A DNA stretch of 64,000 nucleotides from Chiloscyllium plagiosum. Its lineage: Eukaryota. Position 1 is the stretch's first letter. Every line of letters begins with the position of its first letter. The DNA is taken from contig NC_057718.1 in the NCBI RefSeq assembly GCF_004010195.1, positions 95,136,003 through 95,200,002 on the forward strand, given 5' to 3'. The translations under genes and the position numbers were made by a program. The notes under the pieces are model-generated. The model saw only the letters and a list, made by a program, of their open reading frames with translations, was not told the DNA's origin and did no database searches. This document shows positions 24,838 to 39,357 of the stretch, piece after piece.

Positions 24838-26425
24838 AATCATAGAGATGCACAGCATGGAAACAGACCCTTCAGTCCAACCTGTCCTTGCTAACCAGAT
24901 ATCCCAGCCTAATCTAGTCCTACTTGCCAGCACTTGGCCCATATCCCTCCAAACTCTTCCTATTCGTGTATCCATACAAATTCCTTTTAATTGTTGTAAT
25001 TGTACCAGCCTCCATCACCTCCTGTGGCAGCTCATTCCATACACGCACACCCTCTGTGAAAAAGTTACCCCTTAGGTCCCTTTTAAATCTTTCCCCTCTC
25101 ACCCTAAACCTACACCATCTAGTTCTAGACTCTCCAACCCAGGGAATAGACCCTATCCATGCCAGTCATGATTCTATAAACCACTGTTACGATCACCCCA
25201 CAGTCTCTGACACTCCAGGGAAAATACCACCAGCCTATTGAGCCTCTCCCTATAGCTCAAATCCTCCAACCCTAGCAACATCCTTGTAAATTTTTTCTGA
25301 ACCCTTTCAAGTTTCACAGCATCCTTCCGATAAGAGATAGGCCAAACTTGCGTGCAATATTCCGAAAGTGGCCTAACCAAAGTCCTGTACAGCCGCAACA
25401 TGACTTCCTAACTCCTATATTCAATGCTCTGACCAATAAAGGAAAGCATACTAAACACCTTCTTCACTATCCTATCTACTTGAGACCCCACTTTCAAGGA
25501 ACTATGAACCTGCACTCCAAGGTCTCTTTGCTCAGCAATAGTCCTGCTCTGATTTGTCTTTCCAAAATACAGCACATCGCATTTATCTAAATTAAACTCC
25601 CCTGCCACTACTTGGCCCATCAGCCCCTCTGATCAAAATCCCATTGTACGCGGAGGTAGCCTTCTTTGCTGTCCACTACACTTACTAACTATACCACCTA
25701 TGTTCACATCCAAATCATTTGTATAAATGATGAAAAGCATTGGACCCATCACCGATCCTTGTGCCACACCACTGGTCACAGGCCTCCGGTTGCAAAATAA
25801 TCTTCCGCCACCACCCTCTGTCTTTTGCTTTGAGCCAGTTCTGTATCCAAATGGCGAGTTCTCGCTCTATTCCATGTGATCTAACCTTGTTGACCAGTCT
25901 ACCATGAGGAACCTTGTTGAATGCCTTACTGAAGTCCAGACAGATCATGTCCTTCATTCTGCCCTCATCAATCCTCTTTGTTACTTCTTCAAAAAACTCA
26001 ATCAAGTTAGTGAGACAGGATTTTCCACGCACAAAGCCATGTTGACTGTCCCAAATCAATCCTTGTCTATCCAAATACATGTAAATCCTGTCCCTCAAGA
26101 TTCCCTCCAACAATTTGCCCACCACCGATGTCAGGCTCACTGGTCTATAGTTCCCTGGTTTTCCCTTACCACCTTTCTTGAATAGTGGCAGCACGTTTGC
26201 CAACCTCCAGTTTTCCAGCACCTCACCTGTGACTATCGATGATACTAGTATCTCAGCAAGGCCCAGCAATCACTTTCCTCGCTTCCAGCAGAGTTCTAGA
26301 ATACACCTGATCAGGTCCTGGGGACTTATCTACTTTTGTGTTTCAAGGCATTCAGCACATCCTCCTGTAGCATGGATATTTTTCAAGATGTCACCATCTA
26401 TTTCCCCACAATCCGTATCTGCCAA
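24838..26425 (-). mobile_element. CR1 LINE, 5'-truncated, same family as 20975-22408
   Basis: ORFs 25715..26269, 25408..25620, 25174..25401 and 24920..25102. Confidence 0.95.
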
Positions 26426-28364
26426 GTCCTTATGTTTAAGTATTTCTGTAGAAATGGGAATACTTTAAAAAAAAACAATATGAGAATATGTGGCCAGTGT
26501 GTAATGATGTATTACTTTCATTGGGAGTGTGTTTACGAGCAAACAAATAGTTGTGCACTAGACCTTCAGTTTAGGAAATCAGATTTTTTTCGCCTTTGAT
26601 TAGGGGAAATATCCAAAGCTTGCAAGATGTTTTTGGGTTTCAGTTTGATAGTTTTTGCAGAAGTCTTCGCTGAAGTCAATGTATTGCTTCATCAATTGCT
26701 CCTCAAAGAAGTTGGCTTAGATTGTTTGAACAAAATTACCTCAATTTCAGCATTTCCGTTTATGAATTTCAGATCAGAAATCTTTGATTACAACACTGAA
26801 GGAGTTAACTGACGCTGAAAAAATTCAAGTTTACCCCCAAGAACCGGGGTAGGGGGAATTGAAGCCACAGTTACTTCAGGCCTTTTAGAGGTCAAAACAG
26901 AGGGAATTCTTTTTGATGGGAGCATTTGCGATGAATGGGACTGCATTTCAATTGGTATTTCTAAATCTTTAAACTTGTGTATATAGGTCTGTGTATTTGT
27001 GTGTGTCATTCAAAAACCTTGTTAAAACCCCCAAAAAATTATCAAGCTAGATTTCAGTCTGGTATCGTATTTGCCCAGTAATTACATCAGCTAGCAGAGT
27101 AACAAACAGAATTTGCTAGAGAAACTCAACAGGTCACTGGACCCAAAAACTTTAACTCTGCTTTCGTTCCACCAATGTTGCCAGACCTGCTGATTTCTCC
27201 AACAAATTCTGTTTTTGATTCAGATTTTCAGCATCTGCAGTTGTGTTTGATTTTAGCTGGCACTGTAATACTGCCCAGTCTATACAATTATTATATAACA
27301 GACTGGGGTTGCCATCATCAGGTTTCCTATTGATATAAACTAAACTTGAATGGAAAAAGAATCCACTATGCAAAGGGGAGTTTATTTAAAACAAAAACCA
27401 AACTGAACAGCTTTGATTGCATGGTGTATTAATTCACTGGTCTGATGTATATCTCTCTTGTATAGTGCATAGAATATGTAATTCCATTAACTAAGTGTTA
27501 GCCAGCTATTAGTCAAAAACAGAAACTAAGTTTAAGAACATCCCTCCTTCACAAGTACTGCAATGTTCAGTGTCTATACTTCAACCTATAGAATATCTCG
27601 TCTTTCTTGGGACACAGCCTTTTTATTTGCTGATAGAACATTTTTTTTCCTTTATAGAGGATGGGGAAAGTAATGAGAAATCAATTCCATGCTTGATAGT
27701 GGTGGTAATGGGGCTTCAACCTTTCTTGTGTGGCAGGAGTCTGGAAGGAGCATCAAAAAGTCAGATTCTCCTTATCAAAACTTCTCAGCAGTATCACATT
27801 TATATAACTTATACAGTGATAAGATTTGTGCTTTCCAATATTCAAATGAAATCGCTAGCATGGTCTTTTTCCTAAAATCAACCTGTTCAGAGTTGTTATT
27901 ACCCATCTCTGGATTGGTTGTGATTATTTGTGTGAAGTTACCATGAATGACTCTCCTTCTCTCCTCTCACTTGAAGGGTGGGAACACTCAGGTTAAATCA
28001 CCGGCAATCAACTCCACTGACAGAGCAGACCACGGTCTGCTAGTACTATGGTGACTTTGCTTTTTTAATCTAAGTATTTCAATTGTCTCTTACGACAGCT
28101 TTCTAAATACCAGAACTGTACAGACCACAGCAATCAGTTGTGCGAATTTTGCTTACTTTCCACTAAACTGCAGCTTCCCAAAGAAAAACACTCAGCATTT
28201 TTAACAACCAGCCAATGGATGAACAGAAGTTTCCTGTAATTATGCAGTTGGCAGACAGGAATCACAGCTTTTTATCCCCACTACAACTGTTCCCTTGTCA
28301 TGAACTCAAAACAGTCTTCCTAGCCATTGCCTGAGCCTGAATCAGACCCAGTGCCTGCCGTAAG

Positions 28365-28800
28365 ATTATTGACACCTTTGTAACATCGCTTCTGTGCCCT
28401 CCTCCGTTCACTTGGTGTGGAGGTCTCATGCCATGCTTTTGTTACTCTTGGACTTGACTAATCTAATGTAATCTCGGGCTGCCTCCCACACTCTATTGTG
28501 CAAATGCGAAGCAACCACAAACTCAGTTATACATAAAGCCAAAGTTCCCATATCATATCCGTTCTTGCTGACCAGAATGGATCCTGTTGCTAGGTTTGAA
28601 ATAATTTAAGCAATTTTACCCTGGGTTCAAAAATCCTACACTGGCTTTCCTATTTCTTGATCAGCTAGGAAATCCCAAGATTTATGTTTCACTCTAACCT
28701 CAATTGTTCCACGATTATTGCTCAAAGTCTAGGTTTTGCAATGACCTCCCTGAATGTCTCAATAGTTTTTCCCTCCTTTGAAGACATTCCTTAACACTAA
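28365..28800 (+). mobile_element. Old L2-like LINE fragment
   Basis: catgcttttgttactcttggacttgactaatctaat reads HAFVTLGLD*SN, close to the L2 HAFVTSRLDYxN motif. Confidence 0.55.
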
Positions 28801-29591
28801 ACACAGAAGTAAAATTGCTCACATTTACCCTATACTCAGGATTGTTACAAAGTTCATTGAGAAGAAGTTTTGATAACGGCCCTATTTTCCTTCATACTCA
28901 CTTCAATGTCACAAAGGAAAGATACTGGATTAGCTCAAATCATGCTCAGATATCTCGGTGACAATTCAAGATTCAAAAATTAAAGTTAATCTTGCAGTAG
29001 GTCTGCACACAGGCAATGGCATTTGTTTTTATATCAGAGGCACAAGGAAATATAGTTCAAAGTAGCTTTAACAGAAGAAACTTTCAAAAAAGTAATGGTG
29101 AATGGCATCTTAGGGTCAAAAGACTACACAATGCAAAGTGGAGTAACAAGATTAAGTTTGAGGCTGATTATGCAATAAGGATATCAAACAAACCTGGTTC
29201 CATTGACAGTTAGTAAAGCTATGACATTACTAAAAGGACAAGGGGGAATTGTTCCCATGACCATAATAATAGTTTTTGCAGTTTTACTGCTGTGATGCAA
29301 GCTCTCCTGGGGTCAACCCAAAGTTAAAACATCCTCACAATTCAGTTATTTTGTACAGTTTACAGAAAAACTACACTAGCTTCAGTAAGGCATTGGAAAA
29401 CCAAACAACAAGCATGCAAATCTGGACAGAATATATTGTGGCTTGACAAGTTAGATAGAATGCGATTCACATTATTAATCATCTCAACTTGATAATGTAT
29501 AGTAGTTAGAAATTTCACTTCTTAACAAGGAAGACAAGATTTATGTTCTGAACAGTTTTAAAGGAGCAATGTTACATTTTAAGTGATTTAC

Positions 29592-29715
29592 CTAAACCTG
29601 GACTTCTTGAACTTCTTCTTAGATATGGAAACTGGAGGTTTCTCAGAATAATGCAACCTCAACCGAATTTCACTTTGGCAAGTTAACCACCCAGACTCCA
29701 ACTTCTCAACGTCAT
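29592..29715 (-). CDS. GPCPD1: GPCPD1 coding exon 6 (DVEKLESGWLTCQSEIRLRLHYSEKPPVSISKKKFKKSRF)
   Basis: 124 nt, acceptor gattacag, donor TAG|GTAAAT. Confidence 0.97.
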
Positions 29716-30361
29716 CTGTAATCACAAATGAAATTACTTAGTTTACATGCATCAAGAGATATCCTATAAACTGCTCCACAAATCGGCATATATTTTTCAA
29801 ACTTTGAAAAGCTAACTATCACATTTCACAGACTACATCCCATTTTCCAAACAGCATTACATTTCAGTTATGTCAGATGATTACATAGCAATATACATCA
29901 GTGACTGTACAGTAAATGATTTATGTATCAAATGATTGAAATTAGATTTATGTTGGTATCTTCACAATTAGTTACATTCTAAAATGTTAAAAAGTGTTCT
30001 ATTCAGCACCACCTTAATTAAAAAACGGTAAAATACTTAAATTAATCTAAATAACAAATGTACGAAGAACAAAAATATTCAAGAAAGCACTTGAAAGCAA
30101 TAACAGCAGACCAAGTCATCATCCAAATTGCAAGTCTTCACGTGAAGTATCTTATTGGTCTCGTTCACCATATACCCTCGGTGGAATTGTTCACCTGATG
30201 ATCTGCACCACTAATCAAAAGAAATACAGTGATTTGGGTCACTGATTAAAAACTCTAGCAGGCTAAGCTTATAAAAGTAACAAGAGAAAAAGCTAGTGAA
30301 TCAATGACTTGGAAGGAACATCTTAATTCTGTCCACTTAGTTCAACAGTAATCTCTCAATT

Positions 30362-32440
30362 GTAAGACCATAAGACACAAGAGTGCAAGTAGGCCATTCA
30401 ACCCATTGAATCTTCTTTGCCATTCAATGAGATCATGGCTGATCTGATAAGCCTCAACTCTGCTGCCTTTTCCCCATGACTTTTAGTTGCCATACAGATT
30501 TATAAAAAAGGTCTCAACTTTAAATATAATCAATCAATGTTTCAGCCTCAACAACCCTCCGCAGTAAAGAATTTCAAGACTCATCTACTATCAAAACATT
30601 TAAAATGTTCTGAGATTGTGTCTTCCAGTTCTAAACTCTCCCACAAGGGAAAACAACCTTTCTGCACCTAAATCTGTCACGGCTTCTAAAAACTGTGCAT
30701 GTTTCAATAAAGTCATCTCTCTTTCTCGATCTCGAAAAGTACAATTTCTCTAAACCTGGTAACAGTGTAGCGAACCTTCTCTGAACAGCCATCAATGCCA
30801 ATATATCTTTCCTTAGACAAGAGGCCCAAAGTACTTAAGCTATCTTCTGACTAGTGCCTTGGGTAGTGTTAGCAAAACGTCCTTACTTTCATATTCCATT
30901 CATTTTGACTTAAAGGCCATCATTCTATTTGCCTTCTCTTGAACTGGTGGACTTAGATGGTAGCCTTTTGTGATTCATGGACGAAGATTTGCAAACCACT
31001 GCGTTCTATAGCTTCCTGCAGTCTACTGAATTAATATTCAGCTCCTCTATTATTCCTGCCAAAGTGCATAACCTTACATTTCCCCACATCATATTCCACT
31101 TGCCAAGGTTCTGCTCACTCACTGAAACTATCAATAGTTTCAAGTTATCCACATCACTTGCCTTTTCAGCTATTTCTGGGTCATCCACAAACCTGGTTAT
31201 TGCACACCTAAGTCATAAATATATAGTAAATAATTGTGGCCCCTGTCCCTACAGCACACCTCTAGTTACAGGCTGCCATTCTGAAAATGCCTCATTACCT
31301 AAATCTGCCTTCTATTAATTAGTCAATTCTTGATCCACACTTGAGTACCACTTCGAACACCGCGAGCTCTTACCTAGTTTAGTAGCTAACGACTGATACC
31401 TTATTAGACACTGAGAATTCAAATGCATCACAGCCACTGTTCGCCTTTCATCTATCCTCCTTTTTACTTCTTCCAACAATTCTAACTGATTTGTCAAGCA
31501 TGATGTCTCCTTCATGCTGACTGCTTGATCACATAATGCATTTCGAAACACTCTGCTATGGCATCTTTTCTAAAAGGCTTTAACGTTTCCCAATGGAAGA
31601 AGTTAATCCAACAGGTCTGTAGTTACATTTCATTTTAGAGACATAGAGATGTTCAGATGGAAACAGACCCTTCGGTCCAACCTGTCCACACCAACCAGAT
31701 ATTTGTCCCTGTTTCGTAAAAAACAGCTGTTACCACTTGCAGATTTCCAATCCCCTGGGGATTGAAATCTAGGAATCCCTGGAAGCTTACTACCAGGACA
31801 TCCATCATCTCTGTAGCTATGTCTTTTAATGCTACCATTAAGTCCAGGGCCTTATTGGTCTTTAGCCAGATTACTCCCTTGCATTTTTACCTCCAGTGAT
31901 AGCTTTCATACTTATTTCCTTTTCTCCTTTTGCCCTTGAATATTTAGTAATTTTGAGATACTAGTGCTTTCTACTGTGAAGACTGATCCAAAGTACTTAT
32001 ACAATTCCTCTGCCAGTTGTTGGTTCACCAATTATTGTTTTATCCACCACCTTCCCCATCCCCAAATAACGAAAGAAGCTCGTTGTACATCTTGATATCA
32101 CTTACAAATTTACCCTCAGTTTATTTTCTCCCTCTTGTTTTTTTTTAAAAAGTCATCTTTTGTTGGATGTTTGCAACTTTTGTAATCCTCTAGCTTACTA
32201 ATTTTTTGACATATTGTATTTCTTCCAATTTGACCTTATGTTTAAGTTCTCTGGTTAACCATAGTTGGCTTATTCCTTTCCTGGAATCCTACTTTACAGG
32301 GATACATCTTTACTTTCTTAAAATGTCTACCATTATTCCTCAAAAGTCTTTACTGCTAAACTGCTTCCCCAGTCCATTTCAGCCAGTTCTACCCTCATTC
32401 CTCTGCAATCAATCATTCTTATTTAAGCTTAGAACCATTG
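30362..32440 (-). mobile_element. Old, heavily decayed CR1 LINE with a younger CR1 tail nested at about 31640-31705
   Basis: Residual SCLTNQLELLEEV motif; tail gaccataagac...ggccattcaaccc. Confidence 0.75.
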
Positions 32441-32808
32441 GTTTTTTTAATGTGGGCATGCCTAGCTAAGCTAGCATTTATCCTCAATCCCTAATTGCCG
32501 AGGGGGCAGTTAAGAGTCAACCACATTGCTGTCCAACTGGAGTCACATGGAGATCAGACCAGGTAAAGACAATACGTCTCCCTCCTTAAAGGCTGGTAAA
32601 CCAGATGGGTTTTCTCACAAACAGCAGCAGCTTTATGGTCATCATTAGACTCTTAATTCCAGACTTTCCGCTCAAATGGAATGCTAAATTCCACCATGTT
32701 ACAGTCACTGTTTTCAAAGGAATCTTTTACTCTGTCATCAGTATTAAACCTACGTCATTACATATCACCAGATCCACAGCATATTTTAGGAAACTACCCT
32801 AATAATGT

Positions 32809-33141
32809 GGACAGCATGGTGGCTCAATGTATAGCACTGTTGTCTCTGAGAGCTAGGGTTTGAGGTTCGATTCTCACTTTGGGTGACTGTGTGCAGTCTA
32901 CATATTTGCCCCATGACTGTTTGGGTTTTCTCTGGGTGCTCTGTTTTTCTTCTCCCCGCACGTTAGGCAGATTGGCAATATTGAATTGTCCATAATGTCC
33001 AGGATGTACAGGCTAGGTGGATTAGCCATGGGAAATGCAGGGTTACAGGAATGGGGTGGATTTTGGTGGGATGCCCTTCAGAATGTCAGTGAGGACTCGA
33101 TGGGCTGAATAGCCTGCTTCCACACCGTAGGGATTTTATGA
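32809..33141 (+). mobile_element. HE1-type SINE
   Basis: ggacagcatggtggctcaatg head, gtagggattttatga tail. Confidence 0.85.
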
Positions 33142-34298
33142 TACCCCCAAGTACATATCATGATTTCTTCCTTATGACTTCCTGTGTCAATGGTTAACGC
33201 ACCACTTTTATGCCGTCGTTATCACCTGACTTTTGTTCTACCATACAGCTACTATCAGGGAGTCTATAGACTACTCCTACCAGTGTTGTCTTTCTCTTTT
33301 TATTTCTTAACTGCCAACAATATATTCTACACCTAATTCAAGATGATTTCTTACTATCACATTTATTCCATCTTATACCAATAGGGTTATCCTACTACCC
33401 TTGTGTTTCAGTTTGTCTTTTTATTAAGTCACATACTGTTGAATATATAGTTCCCATCTTGGACTTACTTGTAACTGTGTTTTCTGTAGGGCTTTAGGGT
33501 CATATCCATTAACCTGTACTTGTACAGCTAACTCATTTATTTTGTTCCAAATACTATAGGTAATAAAGTCACAAGCTATTAACTTAGACTTTTTATACCA
33601 CTTCCTGTTTTGACCCTACTCACTGCTGTTTCTCTATGCTTGTTCACACTGGGTAAATTTATCCAAATAACTGTGCTGTAATTCTGCCAAATCCTCTTGC
33701 TTTCGAAGCCTATTTTTCCCTCTTCCAATCCTACATTAATTTGAAGCCATCACTATAGCCATAAATATTTGATTCATCAGGACCTTGATATGAGCATGGT
33801 CCCCTGAAGCCCATCCCACCAATTACACATTCAAATTTCACTCCTGAGATGTCAGCATATCTATCCTGGCATTCAGTGGAATATGTAAGGTTTGCTATGT
33901 CAATATGAGCACTACCTTTCAGGTAGAAAGAGGTCACAGCTACACAGATGGACATAAAAATTTCTTTAGGATAAGTATAAGTGCTCCTCCTAGAGTCTTG
34001 GCTAATATTGCTGGTTATTGGACCCTGTAGGTATTACTAACACATTTCATTACTTCACCACTGTCACTATGCTTCAAAAGATACTTAACTAGCTATAAGG
34101 CACTTCTCTCTATGTCTTTATGATAAAGATGATTTATAAATACATTTATCTTCAAAATTTGGACTGGAAAAACCTGTTGGAGAAACTTAGAAATTACCTC
34201 TTCAGAACATTTTTTCTAGTTAGTGATTCGCTCAGATGTTTCTTTTTTCACATCATACACCAGCAGAGCCAGACAAAATGTGGAAATGAGAGACTATA

Positions 34299-34506
34299 TT
34301 AGAGTGGTGCTGGAAAAGCACAGGTCAGGCAGCATCCAAAGAGCACGAAAATCCACGTTTCGGGCAATAGCTCTTTCATCAGGAAGGGCTTTTGCCCGAA
34401 ACGTCGATTTTCCTGCTCCACAGATGCTGCCTGACCTGCTGTGCTTTTCCAGCACCACTCTAATCTAGGTTCTGATCTCCAGCATCTGCAGTCCTCACTT
34501 TTGCCT
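34299..34506. mobile_element. Short palindromic PLE-type element (family A) with HHR-like cores in both arms
   Basis: Inverted arms of about 80 bp, ttagagtggtgctggaaaagcac... / ...gtgcttttccagcaccactctaa, around cctgatgaa..gcccgaaacgt motifs. Confidence 0.75.
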
Positions 34507-35141
34507 AAAATGTGGAAATGAACCAGTGCAAATGTGGTGGCTAAAGGATGTAATGTCATTGTTCACATAGATAAAAATGACATTCAAGAGTTGGCCAGAG
34601 ATTATGAACCACAAAATTACTCCAAAAAAAAAATTGAACAGTGGGTTACAAGTTGTTTCACTGAAAGATGAGAATTATAGTTGATTGCAACATATAAGTC
34701 TGTGAACAGAAGTTAACATGCATGAAAGATTTTGATTACCCAGTGACAATTACAAAGCAAGCATTAAGTCAGATATTTACAATAAACTCCAATTTCTTAA
34801 TTACACATGCAGAGAATGGTACCAGAGATATCGATGTATTGCATTTCTTCATCTGCAATAGATAATTGAGAAGGATATTGCAGATGCGCATTGTTTGTGC
34901 CACATTTTTAAAAGACCCCACTCTCAGATATGCAAATACAGTTAAATGAGAGAGGCAACCAAATACAAAATAACTCAAAGCACAATTCATTTTTACAGAA
35001 AAGAGAAACCTACACACCTTAGCTACTGACCCATAAGGAGATGGTGATACATACATGAGCAAGAAACACTAATCATTTCGATAAGAACACCTACAAAAAG
35101 TAATGCATGTTCTCAATTAAGTATTACTTTAAGATCAACTA

Positions 35142-35257
35142 GGAGAAAGTGAGACTGCAGATGCTGGAGTACCAGAGTTGAAAAGTGTGGTGCTGGAAAA
35201 ACACAGCAAGCCAGGCAGCATCCAAGGAGCAGGAGAATTGACGTTTCGGGCATAAGC
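35142..35257 (-). mobile_element. Family A short element, truncated within the HHR core
   Basis: ctgcagatgctgg...gtggtgctggaaaa...gacgtttcgggcataagc. Confidence 0.7.
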
Positions 35258-36389
35258 AGTATTGTCAAGACTAAAATTAATCAAAGGTTCGAGAAAGGGG
35301 TCACAATAATTGAACAGTGATCTTTACAACTTCAAGATTGAAGACCCGGGTTCAATAATTCTGTTGGAAGAAATAAACACTCAAGAATGTTTAGTAGACC
35401 ATGGGTCTGATTTTGTGCTAATAATGACAGTGAAACTGTCAGCATTTGAAATCATTTCTGCTCTGCAATGGACAGCAACTCCGCAGTGTGTACACATTAA
35501 ATGTGGAAATTCTGACTTATTTTCAGAGTGATCTTGTGCATTTATATGCATGTAGAGAAGCTGCATATAGTTTCCCAGAAACTGAAATTAGAGAACAGCA
35601 GTCTTATGTTTATAGTTTTTATGCAAAAATAATTCAAAATTTTATCTTGCTGAAATAGATGCAATGGAATCTAGCGTCCATGGGTACTCTAAATAGCCTC
35701 AATAGCCCAAGAAGAGTTATTTTGTCTTTGTTGAGTGTCAAATTTCTCATTATAAGGAATTGCACATTTTTCAATATTTTAATGACTACTTTAATTCCAT
35801 GTGTCTGCCCACTTATTTTACATCCTATAAGATTTAATAAATAAAACTGAAAAGTTTCAGCTGAAAGCATGTCGAGCATAAGGCTTAAATAATGGTTAAA
35901 ACTATGCTAGCTAATAAATTCAAAGATGCATTAACCATCTTAATCGGGGAGGTGCATGATGGCAATTTTGCTAGACTTCTAAAGGCGGTTGGGGCGGTGG
36001 TGGGGGAATCTCTATGAAGTACACTGATTATCTTGCTTCACAAGAATCACTGTTTGTCAGGGATAGAAGGGAAAGTGGAATGTCGAAGACAAACAAAACA
36101 GCCATAACCCTACTAAAAGATGGAGCAGGCTTAAAGGGCTGAATAGTCTATACCTGTTCTTAATTCTCATATTTGAATGTTCAGAACTCCTGGCTTACTT
36201 TCTAGCCTTTGATGAACTTCATAACATGCTTGTAAAAACTTAACAGACTTTGCTGAAACTTGCCTGAGGGGTGACAACACCTACACCCTTAATGAAGTCT
36301 CGCCACTGGCAATATCTTCCTCCATTTGTCCTGCCATGACTATTGAAATGACAAATGGCAATTGTCACCAGATCACACTGCTTTTATTT

Positions 36390-36716
36390 TAGAATCCCTA
36401 CAGTGTGGAAACAGGCCCTTCAGCCCAACAAGTCCACACCGACTCTCCGAAGAGTAATCCACCTGGACCCATTCCCCCTACCCTATATTTACCCCTGACT
36501 AATACATCTAACTCGCACATCCCTGAACACTATGGGCAATTTAGCACAGCCAGTGCACCAAACCTGCACATCATTGGATTGTGGGAGAAAACCAGAGCAC
36601 CCAAAGGAAACCCACACAGATACAGGGAGAATATGCCAACTCTACACAGACAGCCATCAGAGGCTGGAATGGAACCCAGGTCCCTGGCACTGTGCTAACC
36701 ACTTAGCCACCGTACG
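36390..36716 (-). mobile_element. HE1-type SINE
   Basis: agaatccctacagtgtggaaacaggccc tail and V-domain. Confidence 0.88.
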
Positions 36717-37964
36717 ACATCCTTGCTCCTCCATTTATGATGCAGCTTGTCGCTCAGATTATTATTCCCCTCCCACCTGGAGTCATTACATCATAAAGAT
36801 AATGCCACCATGAACCTACAGCTGAAATCATGAAGCAATGGTCAACAGCCAATAAAGATCAGAAGACACTTACGTGAGACATAGTCTCTTTGCATTTTAG
36901 TTGTAACACTTAAAAAAAAATTAAGGCGATACCTTCTGTTGCTGTTTTCAGACTTTTCTATGATGGCGGTGTGGTCAATAAGCACATGCTCTTTGGAGAA
37001 GTGGTTTGGCTCTAGCTCAAGTCTTTTGCTCAAAGAAAGGCCCAAGTAACCACATACAAGCATCATTTAGTGCGCTTTTGGTTTTCATAAACTGAATGGT
37101 CAAATGATGTTTCAGCTAAATTGAGCATTTGTCAATCAACCCATTTCAATTCATACATTAAATTAATTATATAATTTATATTTTGGACAGTGGTGTGTAG
37201 AATTAGATGGCATGAATACAAGTCATTTGATAATAAATACAACCAGGATATCAAGAGAAATTTCTTTGCCCAAAGATTCATGGGACAAAGAATTTGCTAC
37301 CATAAAACAGCAACTGAGGCAAGTAGGATAAATACACTGTGCTCATCTAGCTCCCCTACAAAAGAAAGCAGATTATTTTAGGTCAGATGAAGAGAGGTGG
37401 AGGTGGTGGTGGAGGTACAGTGCACTTAGGTGGATTTCAACACAGGAGAGATTGGGCTTAACAATCCATTCAGACAAACTGCCTCTAGTAAAATGCTGCT
37501 TGCTATTGATAATCAGGATGAATCCACCCCGTGAGATCAAACTTTTCTGCAAAGAAAACTTCCTCTTTCTCAGCTTGCTTTTATTCTTCACTATGACCTT
37601 TCTTTTCTATCACTCACGTGATTTTATTTTCCATCACTCTTTAGTGTACTTTGGGACTTCTGATCATTTTTCTACAAAATGGATTTGAGAATTACTTAAA
37701 TATCATTATCTTAAAAGTGATGTTTCAAAGTTTAAAAATTGACTTCACAATCACTGGAACAAAAGGTAGGAGGAATGAGTGTGCAAATGATTTAATCTTA
37801 CAAGTGCTGAGCAGCCATTAAAATTTGCTCTGCAACAACCGCATTTCTGACACCTCCAATGAGCATGAGGAGAAACTGTAGTCAGATGAACAAAGAACGC
37901 GATGGTGCAATCTGGTCTACAATAGGAGAAGACTTAGAGAGAAACACTGAACTGAACTAGCAGC

Positions 37965-38070
37965 TCAGAAACAAAAATAGAAGTTGCTGGAAAAGCTCAG
38001 CAAGTCTGGCAGCATCTGTGAAAAGAAACCAGAGTTAACGTTTTGGATCCAGTGACTCTTCTTCAGAACT
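37965..38070 (-). mobile_element. Family C short element (CTGAAGA-a-gagtcactggatcc-[G>A]AAAcgtt); related copies near 9898, 12650, 27100, 40495, 48330, 53590
   Basis: Shared gctggaaaagctcagcaggtctggcagcatctgtg...gttaacgttt block in several copies. Confidence 0.65.
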
Positions 38071-39357
38071 GGGTGAAATTGTATCAATTTGAGATAATCT
38101 ATAAATAATATTTTGTACATTCATTTACTGATAAAATACAACAGCTTTAAAAATTTATAGTTGACCCTAATGCACTAAAATACTGCAGTGCAACAGGATT
38201 AGAAATACGAAGACTAATAGAACTCTGCTCATATAAGAAGAGGTGTCATTGTATCATCACTGAGTTAGTTTAAACTACATTTTGGACTTGGAAGATAACC
38301 TCCTCAGAGGGGCACAAATCCAGTTACTGAAAAACATTGTAAAGACATGACAAAATATCTTAAGCAGACCAGAAATTTACAATACCCATATTCTTTCATG
38401 TATATGAAATTAGCATTAATGCAATTTCATCTACGTAATGAAATATGAATAAATGGATTAAAAGCACACTTGTTTGACTGGTGCATGGTTTAACTAATAT
38501 TGGTCAAATATAAAATAAGTGTGCATAAATGTACTAGGCACACACAAAGAAAAAGCATGATTTATAACCATCACAGTTCAAAATGTCACTCATCAACTAA
38601 TACCAAATCAAAATAATGGGAAGAGAAAGCAACCTATTCACAGATGAATGATGGATATATCAGAAATTTTATGAAATGTAACATTTGGATTGTCAATCAC
38701 ATTAGCATCTCAAAAGTATACTCAATTTTACCAATACTGCATAGAATAGATGCTAAATTCTGCTACTCTACCGAAGTGGTAGGTGATAAATTCACAGCAG
38801 TTCATCGCAGGGAATCGCGACTATACCCAGATCATCATGAATCTTTAGTAAATAATAGTGTGGGGAAATACAGGTTTGGGAATGTCTATTCTTCGACACC
38901 ACCAAAACAGCAACATAAAATTGCAGTAACTTATAATCAGAAATCATCATCCACCCTATGTTGATGGCACAAGCTGAAGAAAGGTTAGCTGGTAATGAAT
39001 CTAATTATATCTACTGAAGCTGATGCAAGTCTATTGGTCACGAGGCTGCCACTTAAGTTGTTGAGATAAACAAAGTGCAGCCCAAGTTTCAAATCCACTC
39101 TGTAATAAATTTCTGACATCACTAAAGGCAGGTCTACAACTGTCTGCAGCTCAGACTGCTACCCAGTTAACTGTGTCCATTCATACATGCTGCGCATGTT
39201 TATTTTCAATGAGAACTGGATTGGATTGACTTGTGCTACCACGAGCAACCTATTTATTCAAAGAGTCAAACATTTGGAAAAATATATAAACCGTGGTGAG
39301 CTTACACTTGGAGTCAGTGAATCCTTTACTTTTGTTTGAAGATTTCTATAAATTAAA

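Noticed and set aside
30170..30225. Exon-like unit with an acceptor gattag and donors gtgaac/gtatat
   Set aside because: Weak splice sites, no protein similarity, and not needed for the frame.
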